DNA from: Candidatus Nomurabacteria bacterium
GTDB taxonomy: Bacteria > Patescibacteriota > Minisyncoccia > Phycocordibacterales > UBA918
NCBI GenBank assembly: GCA_020632035.1
Contig: JACKGG010000004.1
Coordinates: 3,575 to 67,574, forward strand
DNA length: 64,000 nucleotides
Reading direction: 5' to 3'
The position numbers and the translations under genes are program-made. Below the pieces are notes generated by a model. That model had not been told where the DNA came from. It searched no databases and was given only the letters and a program-made list of their open reading frames with translations. The number at the start of each line of letters is the position of its first letter. The stretch's first letter is position 1. Shown here one piece after another: positions 42,422 to 53,054 of the stretch.

Positions 42422-45067
42422 TTACAGCATCTTTTTCAAATACTGACCGGTGTAAGACTTTGGATTGTCAGCTACTTGTTCTGGTGTGCCTTTAGCGACT
42501 ATCTGACCACCTTTTGCTCCGCCTTCTGGGCCAATATCAATAATATAATCCGCACTTTTAACTAAATCTAGATTATGTTCAATCACCATAACAGTGTTGC
42601 CTTTGTCGACAAGTCTTTGCAAAATTTCAATTAGTTTTTTAACGTCTTCGTAGTGCAATCCTATAGTTGGCTCGTCTAAGAGATAGATAGTTTTTTGGGT
42701 ATGCTGTCTATATAACTCGGATGCTATTTTTACTCTTTGCGCTTCTCCCCCAGACAAAGTAGTAGCACTTTGTCCAAGTTCCAAATAACCTAAACCAACC
42801 TCAACTAATGAATTTAAGCGCTCTTCTATAGCTGGAATATCTTTAAAAAACGTTAAAGCATCTTCCACTGTCATATGTAGGACTTCGTAGATATTTTTCT
42901 TTCTGAAATAGATTTCAAGTGTTTCCTTGGTAAACCTAGTTCCGTCACAGACATCACAAGTAACATACACAGTTGGGAGAAAGTGCATTTCTACGGCAAT
43001 TACTCCATTACCCTGACACGCTTCACAACGCCCACCTTTAACATTAAAGCTAAACCTGCCAGCTTTCCAACCTCTCGCCCGGGCTTCACTTGTAGCAGCG
43101 AACAGATCGCGTATATGAGTAAAGGCGCCAGTGTAAGTGGCTGGGTTACTTCTTGGAGTTCTACCAATTGGTGACTGGTCGATCAATACTGAGCGCCCCA
43201 GGTACTCAGTACCAGTAAAACTAGCACAATTGTGAGTCTTAGCGCTACGAAAACGCTTTTCTAATCTAGCTTTGAGGTTTCTGTCCACAATCTCGTACAT
43301 AAAGGTAGACTTACCAGAACCTGAGACGCCAGTTACACAAACTAGTCGACCAAGCGGTATGTCTACATTCATATTTTTAATATTAAAGGCTTGTCCTCCT
43401 TTGATTTGAATTTTGCCCTTTTCTGAACTTCTTCTTTTTGGAACAGCTATCACTTTGTCACCTCTTAGGTAGTCCAGTGTTACGGAACCAGAAGCATTCT
43501 TTTTGTCTGCCATTAGCTTCTCTAAGTAGTCCGCTACAATCACCTCTCCACCGTGCACACCGGCTCCAGGTCCAATGTCTACTAGGTAGTCAGAAGCGCG
43601 AATAGTGTCTTCGTCGTGCTCTACCACAATGATAGTATTGCCCAGATCTCGTAGCTCTTTTAAAGTTTTTATCAATTTATCGTTGTCTCTTTGGTGCAAG
43701 CCTATGGTTGGCTCGTCTAGCACGTAAAGAGCCCCTACTAACCCGGAACCAAGTTGAGAAGCTAGTCTAATTCGCTGAGCTTCTCCACCTGACAAAGTAT
43801 TAGCACGTCTGTTTAGGGTTAAGTATTCAATACCGACGTCCATCATAAAATCTAATCTCTCAATAACTTCACGCAAGGCCGGCCAAGCAATTTCTTCATC
43901 TTTCTTGTTTAGCTTTAGGTTATTTATAAAGTCTACGGCTTCTTTGACAGTTTGGTTAGTAAAGTCAACGATGTTCATGCCGAGTGACTTTTTACCATCT
44001 CCACCAAGAAATACCCGCAGCGCTTCTGGCCTTAAACGAGCCCCTTTACAGGCTGGACATTCGTCCGATTGGAAAATGCCAATTACTCCTAGCCCGTTAC
44101 ACTCTGGGCAAGCGCCATATGGTGAGTTGAAAGAAAAAAGTCTTGGTTCTACCTCAGGGAAAGAGGATCCATCGACTGGGCAAATGAATTTAGCCGACAT
44201 TGTCCTTTCAGTTCCGTCTGGGCTTTCTATTTTAACTAAACCATTGGCCGTAGTTAAGGCCAGTTCTACCGCCTCGGAAAGACGTTCCCTTGAACTTTTA
44301 GGGTCGTCAGTAAACTCACTCACATATATTTCATCAACCAATACATCTATGTCGTGTCGTTTAGTCTTGCTCAGCACTATCTTGTCTCTCAGTTGCTTTA
44401 TTTCTCCATCTATCTTGACTGTCTCATACCCCTTACTGAGCAAATCATATAACATTTGGTAATATTCCCCCTTTCTACCTACTACTACTGGAGCAAAGAT
44501 TGCCACTCTACCCTTAGTAACTTCTATACCCATTACTTTTTGAGACTGGTTTTTAGTAGCTGTTCTTACTTCTCTGTCTTCTATCGACTTAAGTACTATT
44601 CTGAGAATTTCATCTTGAGAAAGCTTTTGGATTGGCACGTCTGTGTCAATACAGTACGGTTGGCCTACGCGTGCATAGACAATACGCAAGTAATCGTAGA
44701 TTTCCGTAATAGTAGCAACAGTAGATCGTGGATTACGAGAGGCAGATTTCTGGTCAATTGAAATGGCTGGAGAGAGTCCAGAGATTTCATCAACGTCGGG
44801 CTTCTGCATTTTGTTTAAAAATTGTCTTGCATAAGGTGAAAGAGACTCGACATAACGTCTTTGACCTTCTGCAAAAATGGTATCAAATGCCAGAGAAGAT
44901 TTACCTGATCCAGATGGACCAGTAATAGCAATCATACTGCCTCGTGGCATCTCGACATTAATATTCTTTAAATTATGAGTACGTGCTCCGCGAACAACAA
45001 TCTTACTAGATTCTGATTTAGCAGGCTCTTCCCACTTCGTCCGTGTTTTCTTTTTTGGTGTTGCCAT
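42422..45067 (-). CDS. uvrA: excinuclease ABC subunit A
   Basis: Two ABC ATPase modules. N-terminal Walker A ITGPSGSGKSSLAFDTIFAEGQRRYVESLS. Zinc-finger Cys clusters. LSGGE signatures. 881 aa. Confidence 0.95.
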   Translation of the reverse strand: MATPKKKTRTKWEEPAKSESSKIVVRGARTHNLKNINVEMPRGSMIAITGPSGSGKSSLAFDTIFAEGQRRYVESLSPYARQFLNKMQKPDVDEISGLSPAISIDQKSASRNPRSTVATITEIYDYLRIVYARVGQPYCIDTDVPIQKLSQDEILRIVLKSIEDREVRTATKNQSQKVMGIEVTKGRVAIFAPVVVGRKGEYYQMLYDLLSKGYETVKIDGEIKQLRDKIVLSKTKRHDIDVLVDEIYVSEFTDDPKSSRERLSEAVELALTTANGLVKIESPDGTERTMSAKFICPVDGSSFPEVEPRLFSFNSPYGACPECNGLGVIGIFQSDECPACKGARLRPEALRVFLGGDGKKSLGMNIVDFTNQTVKEAVDFINNLKLNKKDEEIAWPALREVIERLDFMMDVGIEYLTLNRRANTLSGGEAQRIRLASQLGSGLVGALYVLDEPTIGLHQRDNDKLIKTLKELRDLGNTIIVVEHDEDTIRASDYLVDIGPGAGVHGGEVIVADYLEKLMADKKNASGSVTLDYLRGDKVIAVPKRRSSEKGKIQIKGGQAFNIKNMNVDIPLGRLVCVTGVSGSGKSTFMYEIVDRNLKARLEKRFRSAKTHNCASFTGTEYLGRSVLIDQSPIGRTPRSNPATYTGAFTHIRDLFAATSEARARGWKAGRFSFNVKGGRCEACQGNGVIAVEMHFLPTVYVTCDVCDGTRFTKETLEIYFRKKNIYEVLHMTVEDALTFFKDIPAIEERLNSLVEVGLGYLELGQSATTLSGGEAQRVKIASELYRQHTQKTIYLLDEPTIGLHYEDVKKLIEILQRLVDKGNTVMVIEHNLDLVKSADYIIDIGPEGGAKGGQIVAKGTPEQVADNPKSYTGQYLKKML

Positions 45068-45134
45068 GTAGTATTGCCATCATTTGGAGATGATGGTTGT
45101 GGCTCAATTATACTTACTATCAAAACAAAGGCAA

Positions 45135-46490
45135 TTACTCGAGTTTTTTACTTGTATCAAACTTAATAATTATGTGTGTACCAACCCCTTTGATTGATTC
45201 AACTTCGATTAAGCCTCCCAAAAGATCTATTAGCTGTTTGGTGATCCACATGCCAAGACCCGTGCCAGTAACCGCAGATTCGTCTACCCCGCCCACTCTA
45301 GTAAATGGAACAAAAAGATCTTTCTGGTCAGTAGCACTAATGCCCATACCAGTATCTTTAACTACTATAGTTATAGAATCCTTTGTTTCTTTAGCTTCAA
45401 TTGTGACAGTACCAGAGCCAGTGTACTTGATAGCATTAGTTACAATGTTTATTAGTATTTGCTTTAGCCTATTAGCGTCAGTTACTAAGTAAATTGGTTC
45501 TTCTTTTGTGTTTAATACTAACTCTAAATTCTTTTTGTGTGCTAAGGATTGTAGATCAGTAGAAACTTGATTTAATATTAAATTGAGGTTTATTTTCGCT
45601 AGTTCAACTTTAAGCTTTCCAGATTGGAGTCTAGCCACTTCTAAAAAATCATTGACTAAAAATACCATTTGTTCTGTGGCTGTGTGGATATTTTTTATGT
45701 ATCGAATATCTTCTTGTGTTAGTGATTTTGATTCATTTAGAAAGCTTGCGTAGCCTTTAATAACTGTAAGTGGAGTTCTAAACTCATGAGCAATCATGTT
45801 TGTAAAATTGTCCCTTTGTGCAAGTTGAGTTGTCAAAACCTTGTATTTCTTATACCAATCAGTCTGTCTATTAAGCCAGTATGCTAGAGCTATTAAAAAA
45901 AGAAAAATTGCACTAAGGCCAAGGTATGATTGTTGTTTCCTAGACAGCATTACTGAGTCAATATAAGAAAAATCGTGCTCAGTAAAAATGTAACGTTTTT
46001 CTCCTTTTACTTCTACTGTGCTTAAAACTTGCCAGATTCGTTTTCCATCTATCACAAGTTTGTATATATAAACACCTTCTGAAGCGTTTGGTGGGAGGTT
46101 TCGATAGAGTTGGTCTGACTTTTCAGTTAAATTCAAATAAGCATTTTCAGAGTCAAATATGATTAAATATTTATTATCTACTTCACTAATAATTCTTGTT
46201 TTTGTAATATCTTGATTATCTTTCTTAAGTTTAGCAACAACTTGTTTAAGAACAGTACTTGAGCTTACTCTAGTCATAGTGGCTATCGTGGCAATAGAGT
46301 CATGAATTGATGAGATTCTTTGCTTTTCAGAAGTTTCAATGTTCGTAGTTGCTGTTACAAAGAAGTTGTGTGTTAACCAAGCAAAAAGCAGTGGAAACAC
46401 AAAGACTAAAATACCCACAAGAACCATTTTTGAGTTAGCGCGCATGACTTTTAGTCCGTTTTCTAGCAAGACAAGAAGTTCAGATATCAT
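45135..46490 (-). CDS. sensor histidine kinase (two TM helices with a periplasmic sensor, then HisKA and HATPase_c)
   Basis: H-box NMIAHEFRTPLTVIKGY. N, G1 and G2 boxes (NIVTNAIKYT, VKDTGMGI, GTGLGMWI). Confidence 0.85.
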   Translation of the reverse strand: MISELLVLLENGLKVMRANSKMVLVGILVFVFPLLFAWLTHNFFVTATTNIETSEKQRISSIHDSIATIATMTRVSSSTVLKQVVAKLKKDNQDITKTRIISEVDNKYLIIFDSENAYLNLTEKSDQLYRNLPPNASEGVYIYKLVIDGKRIWQVLSTVEVKGEKRYIFTEHDFSYIDSVMLSRKQQSYLGLSAIFLFLIALAYWLNRQTDWYKKYKVLTTQLAQRDNFTNMIAHEFRTPLTVIKGYASFLNESKSLTQEDIRYIKNIHTATEQMVFLVNDFLEVARLQSGKLKVELAKINLNLILNQVSTDLQSLAHKKNLELVLNTKEEPIYLVTDANRLKQILINIVTNAIKYTGSGTVTIEAKETKDSITIVVKDTGMGISATDQKDLFVPFTRVGGVDESAVTGTGLGMWITKQLIDLLGGLIEVESIKGVGTHIIIKFDTSKKLE

Positions 46491-46493
46491 AAG

Positions 46494-48899
46494 CTAGAAA
46501 CTAGGTTCAGTGGTGGCTCCTCCTTTAACAGTCTTTGCTTCAGTGGCTATGATGACATCCTCTTTTGTTTTTAATCCCATTCCAAGCATAAGTAAAATAA
46601 TACCGAGTGAAAGAACAGCCAGGCCAAATACCACATTATAAGAACTTGTGGTTACCGGCGTAATATCACTAGTGACCATACTTGTTTCCCTTTTGTCTAT
46701 TGGAGTAAAAGCTTGTGCTTCTTTTACGAAAGAAAAAGGTTCACTTTGTGCAATGATAGAACCAGTATTATCTGTTATGGCCACATAAACATCATGTCGA
46801 CCATCTTCCAGTTCCTTGTCATAGGTATAAACGAACGAACCGTCAGCGTCTGTTTTGATAGTTACAACAGTTGGAGAGCTAAATATATAAAGATTTACAA
46901 AACTTAAAGGTAAAGCCGTTCCATAAATTTCTGATTTAACTTTTGATTGCACTTCAACGGTTTCGTCTTTATAGACTAAAGGAATAACTGAATCAATCCT
47001 GAGTACATCCTTTCTAATTAATAGCTTCGTATCTTTAGGTGATTCAAATTCCAGCACTGCTTCTGACTGTCCATTGTTTGGATCAAAACCTTGGATAATC
47101 TCTACTCCATCATTGAAACCGTCGTTGTCAGTGTCAACAAGATTTGGATTAGTTTTATATATATATATTTCATCAAAATCAGATACACCATCTCCATCTA
47201 TGTCTCTGGCAGATTCCCCATTTGATTTTGCTTTTCTAATATCTTCAAAAATATTAATTTTTGCTTTTAACAAATCTAAGTACATCTCAATTTCTTGATC
47301 GATGTCGTCAGCTAGATCTTTGAGCTGAGCGTTTTGTAAAGTAGTATTTACTAGAGAACTACGAAAGTCATTAAGGTTGCCCTCAGCAGTAAAAATAAGT
47401 ATTTTATCTCCAGATTGTTTTGCTACTGAATACTTAGCCAATAAATCATTAAGAGCTAAATGGTTGTCTTCTATTAGCTCTGCCGTTACAGCCATTACAT
47501 CTCTTTCGCTTGAATTAAGTGACAGCGCTTTATCGCTAAATGGAAGAAACTCTCTTGTCGCATCTTCAACTTGAACAACTTTTTCATTATTATTAGTTAT
47601 ATTCGTAACTGATGTTTCCAATAGCTTTGGATTTTTAATAGAAACTTTAATAGGTTTTGTTTCATATAGTTCAGCGCCATACTTTACTTTGGCATAAAAC
47701 TCGTACTCATTATCTGGAATGTTTACAGTATCAACGACAAAAATCCACTGGTTCGGTCTTTGTGTTGCGATCGTTACAAATGTATAGTTTAAGGAGTTGA
47801 GAGGTCTAGAATAAAGCTCAGCGTAACTTACACCCGAAGGGACGTTTAGCTCCAAATTTACAGGTCCAGACAAAAAGCGTGCCTTTGGTTTAGTGATGTA
47901 AAAATTATTTTTAGTCTCATGCGCTTCTGGTTTTTCAGTTTCAATGTCTTCTGGGATACTTGGTTCTGGATCAAATGAAAGTGAGTTATTTAGATCAGAC
48001 TGTGGATCATTATCGTATGTAACTGAATCGCCTACTATGACCACTTCTGTTGTCGTAGCAAGATCTTTAGTGTTGCTTACAGTGGAAATGACTGATGTGT
48101 TTTCAAGGCTAGTTTCGTCAATTACCATTTCATTTGAATCTAAAACCGTCTCTTTGATAATATCAACGTCTAACTCAATTCGTTGATTGAAAACAGTCTC
48201 AGCTTCTTTTGAGCCAATAAAAAATTCTCTTGAAGTAATCCCTGTTTTTCCAGTTTTATCATCTGGTTCGAAGGCAATTTTTAAATAATAATAACCCGAC
48301 TCAAGACTATCAGGAATCTTTACTTGGTACTTATTTTCCAACAAAGGTTTTAGATCAATGGCTATAGCATTAGTGCCATTGAGTGGTTTTACAAAAGCTC
48401 TAACCTTACTAGCATTTGTAACAGTAAAATTAACCTCAAAAGTACCTACTATGTTGTTTGGAATATTTGTTAAAATATCTGCATTTGCAGATCCTGCTAC
48501 TGTGTTTGTATTAACAATATCATCAGTAGTGCCAATCAACTCAGCTTTTAGTTGACCGTTATTATATTGAGAACTAAAGATTTCTGATAAAGCCAGAGTA
48601 GATCCAACCAAAATAAAACAAATCGCAGAAACATAGGCAACTAAGTAAACTGATTTTTGAATATAAATATCTAGTTCCTGTCTAACAACTTCAGACTTAT
48701 CAATAGCCCTTAAGCTCATGTTGGTCGGTAACCTAACTGCCGCAATCTGCTTAGGTTTTTTTTTCTTAGACTTATCAGCTTTTGAACTTGTTTTAGCTTT
48801 TGGCTTTGGTAATGGTTTTTTCTTTAAAACACGCTTAACTGGTACCTTTGGTTTGGGAGAAGTTTTCTTTACTATTTTTTGAGCTTTTTCCTTCGGCAT
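46494..48899 (-). CDS. large cell-surface protein with a Lys/Pro-rich cytoplasmic N-terminus, a TM anchor, Asp-rich calcium-binding-type repeats (DxDGDGxxD / DTDNDGxxD) and a C-terminal TM segment
   Basis: 801 aa. ARDIDGDGVSDFDEIYIYKTNPNLVDTDNDGFNDGVEII resembles thrombospondin-type-3/dockerin-like Ca-binding loops. Lies between the histidine kinase and the response regulator. Confidence 0.5.
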   Translation of the reverse strand: MPKEKAQKIVKKTSPKPKVPVKRVLKKKPLPKPKAKTSSKADKSKKKKPKQIAAVRLPTNMSLRAIDKSEVVRQELDIYIQKSVYLVAYVSAICFILVGSTLALSEIFSSQYNNGQLKAELIGTTDDIVNTNTVAGSANADILTNIPNNIVGTFEVNFTVTNASKVRAFVKPLNGTNAIAIDLKPLLENKYQVKIPDSLESGYYYLKIAFEPDDKTGKTGITSREFFIGSKEAETVFNQRIELDVDIIKETVLDSNEMVIDETSLENTSVISTVSNTKDLATTTEVVIVGDSVTYDNDPQSDLNNSLSFDPEPSIPEDIETEKPEAHETKNNFYITKPKARFLSGPVNLELNVPSGVSYAELYSRPLNSLNYTFVTIATQRPNQWIFVVDTVNIPDNEYEFYAKVKYGAELYETKPIKVSIKNPKLLETSVTNITNNNEKVVQVEDATREFLPFSDKALSLNSSERDVMAVTAELIEDNHLALNDLLAKYSVAKQSGDKILIFTAEGNLNDFRSSLVNTTLQNAQLKDLADDIDQEIEMYLDLLKAKINIFEDIRKAKSNGESARDIDGDGVSDFDEIYIYKTNPNLVDTDNDGFNDGVEIIQGFDPNNGQSEAVLEFESPKDTKLLIRKDVLRIDSVIPLVYKDETVEVQSKVKSEIYGTALPLSFVNLYIFSSPTVVTIKTDADGSFVYTYDKELEDGRHDVYVAITDNTGSIIAQSEPFSFVKEAQAFTPIDKRETSMVTSDITPVTTSSYNVVFGLAVLSLGIILLMLGMGLKTKEDVIIATEAKTVKGGATTEPSF

Positions 48900-48917
48900 G
48901 ATTAATCTAAAGTGAGA

Positions 48918-49724
48918 TTACTTGTTCACTAGTTTTTCAATAACCCCTATTAGCTCAGACAAATCAGTCATCGCTTTCACAAAGAATTCGTTAGCACCAA
49001 GTTCTTTTGCCTTTTTTCTGTCTTCGGCACCATCTCTATTAGAGAAAATTATAACAGGAATTTTACGCAACTCATCACTTGATTTTATTTCCTCCAAGAC
49101 TTCAAAACCAGTCCTGCCAGGCAACATTATATCAAGTATAATTATATTTGGTTTAAACTGCTTGATTACTGGCACAATATCTTTGCCGTCGTTACTAAAC
49201 TCATAAGGAAAAAGTGACTTATCAAAACGTAGTGATAGTAAGTTGCGCAATAAAGGATCATCTTCAACTACAAAAACTTTTATTCCTTTAGTAGTGACTT
49301 CTACTGCACTAGAGGTAATATCAATTGAGGAACTTCCAAAAAAAACGCTGTCCTCGCTAAATATAGCTTCGATTTTTTGCAAGACTGAGTTTGTTGATTC
49401 TCCGACTGTTATGTAATCAGCTGCACCTTCTGATAATGCAGACTGAATCTCTTCAGTAGTATTGTTGACTAAAGTAAAAACAGGAACTAAGGAGGCTAAA
49501 TTGCTACCATCTAACAGTTTTTTTATTTCAGGACAAATTCTTCCATCATGAGTATGGTCAAAGATTATTAAGTCGATGGGCTTACCCTTATTTTTCTCCT
49601 TAAAACCTAGACAACTAGAATCAATAACATTTACGCCCAAAGTTTTTAGTTTGTTTCTTAATGACTCTAGCTCAGCAGTTCCATCGCTTACCAGAAAAAC
49701 TTGTTTATTAATAAAAACAGACAT
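48918..49724 (-). CDS. response regulator with two receiver (REC) domains and no output domain
   Basis: The C-terminal REC is canonical (VFVVEDDPLLRNLL...IILDIMLPGRTGFEVLEEIK...KAKELGANEFFVK). The N-terminal domain is REC-like but degenerate. Confidence 0.7.
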   Translation of the reverse strand: MSVFINKQVFLVSDGTAELESLRNKLKTLGVNVIDSSCLGFKEKNKGKPIDLIIFDHTHDGRICPEIKKLLDGSNLASLVPVFTLVNNTTEEIQSALSEGAADYITVGESTNSVLQKIEAIFSEDSVFFGSSSIDITSSAVEVTTKGIKVFVVEDDPLLRNLLSLRFDKSLFPYEFSNDGKDIVPVIKQFKPNIIILDIMLPGRTGFEVLEEIKSSDELRKIPVIIFSNRDGAEDRKKAKELGANEFFVKAMTDLSELIGVIEKLVNK

Positions 49725-49777
49725 TACTTTAATATTAACACTTATTTTTTGCTAAAACTGACCTTAACTCACAACAT

Positions 49778-51820
49778 TCAAGAAGCTATAGATTCGAAGT
49801 ATTTAATTTCATCTCGTATTAAGGCTGCTGTCTCAAAATCAAGCACTGAAACGGCTTCTTCTATTTGTCTTTTTTTCTCTTTCATAACTTTTTTTGGATT
49901 TTTCTTGTATAGTTCAACATCAATTTTTAGCAGTGTTTCTACAGTGGCGTCGTGCTCAGTCCTCATTTGGTCTGCAATGGACTTAATTTCTTTTATGATT
50001 GTTTTAGGTGTTATATTATGCTTCTGATTATAGGCTAGTTGCTTGTCTCGTCGTCGGTTAGTTTCACCTATAGCGTACTCTAGTGCTGCTGTAATCTCAT
50101 CGGCATATAAAATTACCCGCCCATTAATATTTCGAGCTGCTCGACCAATGGTTTGAATCAGAGCAGTTTCACTTCTTAAAAATCCAGCTTTATCTGCATC
50201 TAAAATTGCCACCAACTCAACTTCTGGTAGGTCTAGTCCTTCCCGCAACAAGTTAACTCCTACTAAACAGTCAAATTTACCTTTTCTAAAGTCAGTCAGA
50301 ATTTCAATTCTTTCCATCGTGTCAACATCGCTGTGTATATACTTAGTGTTAAGCTTCTTTTCATTAAGAAAATCAGTTAAGTCTTCTGCCATTTTTTTTG
50401 TAAGAGTCGTCACAAGTACTCTTGCTCCACCCTTGATAATTTTCTCAGCCTCTTCAATAAAATCTTTGATCTGTCCAGGATAACTGCCTTCTTGAACTAT
50501 TGGGCGCACATCTATTTCAGGGTCGATAAGTCCAGTTGGCCTAATAACCTGCTCTACAGGTTTTAGACCATTTTCTTTTAGTTTTTCGTACTCATGCTTC
50601 CCAGGTGTAGCAGTAGTATAAATACGATTACCTAATCGTTCGTCTATTTCACTATACATAAGAGGCCTGTTGTCTACAGCAGAAGGAAGACGAAAGCCAA
50701 ATTCGACTAAGCTGTTTTTTCGTGATCTATCACCGGCATACATTCCATTTAGTTGAGGAATGGTAACATGAGACTCGTCAATAATAGTCAAGAAATCAGG
50801 AGAGCCATCTTCCTTGTGAGGAAAGTAAGACAGTAAAGTATATGGTGCTTCGCCAGGTTTTCGTCTATCAAAATGTCTTGAGTAGTTTTCTATTCCATTG
50901 CAGTACCCCACTTCGCGCATTAGGGCCAGGTCATGCTGAGTTCTTCTACGTAGACGTTCTGCTTCTAGTAACTTGCCTTCTTTTTTAAATTTGGCCAACT
51001 GTTCTTTAAGCTCTTGTTGGATATCTTCAATTGCTAACTTTCTTTCCTCCTCAGGAGTAACAAAATGTTTAGCTGGAAATAAGTAAAACTCATCAGGCGT
51101 AGCAACGATCTCCCTAGTTATTTCGTCTATTTTTGTAATTGCTGACAGGTAATTATTGTTAAAACTTAGTCTGTAAATAGCTCGCTCATTAGTAGGCATT
51201 ATATCTATTGTGTTTCCAACCGCTCGAAAACTAGCTGGAGTAAGGTCTGCGTTAGTACGATCAAATTGCATATCAACCAAAGTTCGAAGCATAGTCCCTC
51301 GATTAGCTTCACTACCGACAGCGAGCTTAACTAGCTTACTTTTATACTGTTCTGGAGAACCAAGACCATAAATACAAGAAACTGAGGCAACAATAATAAC
51401 ATCACTTCTAGTTAAGAGTGCCTGAGTAGAAGCATGCCTTAGCCGATCAATTTCTTCATTTATTTGTGCCTCCTTTTCAATGTAAGTGTCACTGGTAGAC
51501 ATGTATGCTTCAGGCTGATAATAATCATAGTAAGAAACAAAATAATGAACGGCATTGTTGGGAAAAAAATCACGGTATTCTTGAGCTAACTGAGCTGCTA
51601 GTGTTTTGTTGTGAGCTATTACTAAGGTAGGCTTTTGTATTTGTTGTATCACGTTAGCTGCAGTGAATGTCTTACCAGAACCGGTTACACCCAAAAGAGT
51701 CTGGTACTTCTGACCAGATTTTATGCCTGCCACTAGGGCTTTAATAGCTTGGGGCTGGTCTCCAGCTGGAGTTTTGTCAGTAGATATCTCGAACTTCATG
51801 TTGCTACTATACCCTGCCAC
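49778..51820 (-). CDS. uvrB: excinuclease ABC subunit B
   Basis: Walker A LLGVTGSGKTFTAANVI. Helicase motifs. A C-terminal UVR domain (DFETAALIRDEIKYF). Confidence 0.95.
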   Translation of the reverse strand: MAGYSSNMKFEISTDKTPAGDQPQAIKALVAGIKSGQKYQTLLGVTGSGKTFTAANVIQQIQKPTLVIAHNKTLAAQLAQEYRDFFPNNAVHYFVSYYDYYQPEAYMSTSDTYIEKEAQINEEIDRLRHASTQALLTRSDVIIVASVSCIYGLGSPEQYKSKLVKLAVGSEANRGTMLRTLVDMQFDRTNADLTPASFRAVGNTIDIMPTNERAIYRLSFNNNYLSAITKIDEITREIVATPDEFYLFPAKHFVTPEEERKLAIEDIQQELKEQLAKFKKEGKLLEAERLRRRTQHDLALMREVGYCNGIENYSRHFDRRKPGEAPYTLLSYFPHKEDGSPDFLTIIDESHVTIPQLNGMYAGDRSRKNSLVEFGFRLPSAVDNRPLMYSEIDERLGNRIYTTATPGKHEYEKLKENGLKPVEQVIRPTGLIDPEIDVRPIVQEGSYPGQIKDFIEEAEKIIKGGARVLVTTLTKKMAEDLTDFLNEKKLNTKYIHSDVDTMERIEILTDFRKGKFDCLVGVNLLREGLDLPEVELVAILDADKAGFLRSETALIQTIGRAARNINGRVILYADEITAALEYAIGETNRRRDKQLAYNQKHNITPKTIIKEIKSIADQMRTEHDATVETLLKIDVELYKKNPKKVMKEKKRQIEEAVSVLDFETAALIRDEIKYFESIAS

Positions 51821-51851
51821 TATAAATAAAAAAAGCTGGTTAGCTATATTC

Positions 51852-53054
51852 CTAGCTTAACAAAATATCCTCCCTTAGTTTTCTTGTAAAGTTAACAATG
51901 TAATAGAGGTTGTGTAGTGATGCAAGATGCGGGCCCAGCATTTCTCCGGCTCGAAATAAGTGTGCCAGGTAAGCTTTTGTGTAGTTTGTACAAACGTAGC
52001 AATCGCAAGACTCATCTGGTTTTGAAAAATCTCTCTGAAACTTAGTATTTAAAAGATTAATCCTTCTATGTCCTTCATTGGTCATTTCATAAATAGTACC
52101 GGTTCTAGCTATTCTGGTTGGTGCGACACAGTCGAAGGTATCGCAACCAAGAGAAACACCCTCAACAATGTCTTCAGGCTCCCCAATTCCCAACAAGTGT
52201 CGCGGTTTATCTTCAGGTAATATCTGGTTAACAACTTTGACCGCTTCTCCCAAATCATTCTTACTAAATGAGCCACCAATGCCATATCCATCAAAATCCA
52301 TACCGCTTAGGACCTTGGCACTTTCTGCTCGCAAATCGAGATGACGACCTCCCTGGACAACTCCGTAGAGACCCTGCTTTTTTAAAGCTTGGTAATTTTG
52401 TTTATGAGCCATAATACTGCGTTTGGCCCACCGGTGTGTTCTATCCATGGCTTCTTTTTGGTATTGTTTATCTGCTGTCGGGCTAGTGCACTCATCGAAA
52501 GCGATGATTATATCTGCTCCAATATTATGTTGAATATCAATTGAGCGTTCAGCAGTAAAACGATGCATTGATCCATCTAAGTGTGATGTGAAGGTGACAC
52601 CTTCCTCATCAATTACACATAACTTTCCATGATTTTCTGCTAGTTTTTTTGAGTATACGTTTAACCCGGCTTTGTCACTGACTTCTTTTACCTCACTTGA
52701 AGCAAATTTAGTTACTCCTTTTCCGAAAGCGGCGCCTAATGAAAAGACCTGAAAACCACCGCTATCAGTAATAGTCGGCAAGTTCCAATTAGAAAATTCG
52801 TGTAGCCCTCCAGCATCTTTTACCACTTCATCACCTGGTTGAAGGAACAGATGATATGTGTTTGCAAGCACCACCTGACTTCCTACGTAGTCTCGCAGAT
52901 CTTCTGTTTTCAAACTTTTAACTGTTCCTTTTGTACCTACAACTACAAAAGCTGGTGTCTCAATATCACCATGCGGAGTGTGAATGACTCCAGCCCGAGC
53001 AAGTGTGCCGGGCTGTCGCTTTAATATCTTAAATGTTACAGGAGAATCGGACAT
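51852..53054 (-). CDS. tgt: queuine tRNA-ribosyltransferase
   Basis: VVLANTYHLFLQPGDEVV block. Zn-binding CDCYVC...H near the C-terminus. 400 aa. Confidence 0.9.
   Translation of the reverse strand: MSDSPVTFKILKRQPGTLARAGVIHTPHGDIETPAFVVVGTKGTVKSLKTEDLRDYVGSQVVLANTYHLFLQPGDEVVKDAGGLHEFSNWNLPTITDSGGFQVFSLGAAFGKGVTKFASSEVKEVSDKAGLNVYSKKLAENHGKLCVIDEEGVTFTSHLDGSMHRFTAERSIDIQHNIGADIIIAFDECTSPTADKQYQKEAMDRTHRWAKRSIMAHKQNYQALKKQGLYGVVQGGRHLDLRAESAKVLSGMDFDGYGIGGSFSKNDLGEAVKVVNQILPEDKPRHLLGIGEPEDIVEGVSLGCDTFDCVAPTRIARTGTIYEMTNEGHRRINLLNTKFQRDFSKPDESCDCYVCTNYTKAYLAHLFRAGEMLGPHLASLHNLYYIVNFTRKLREDILLS

Noticed and set aside
42983-44925. Several plus-strand ORFs inside uvrA, and likewise inside uvrB, leuS, the RND permease and the giant surface gene
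   Set aside because: They are embedded antisense to long, well-supported genes and have no independent signals.
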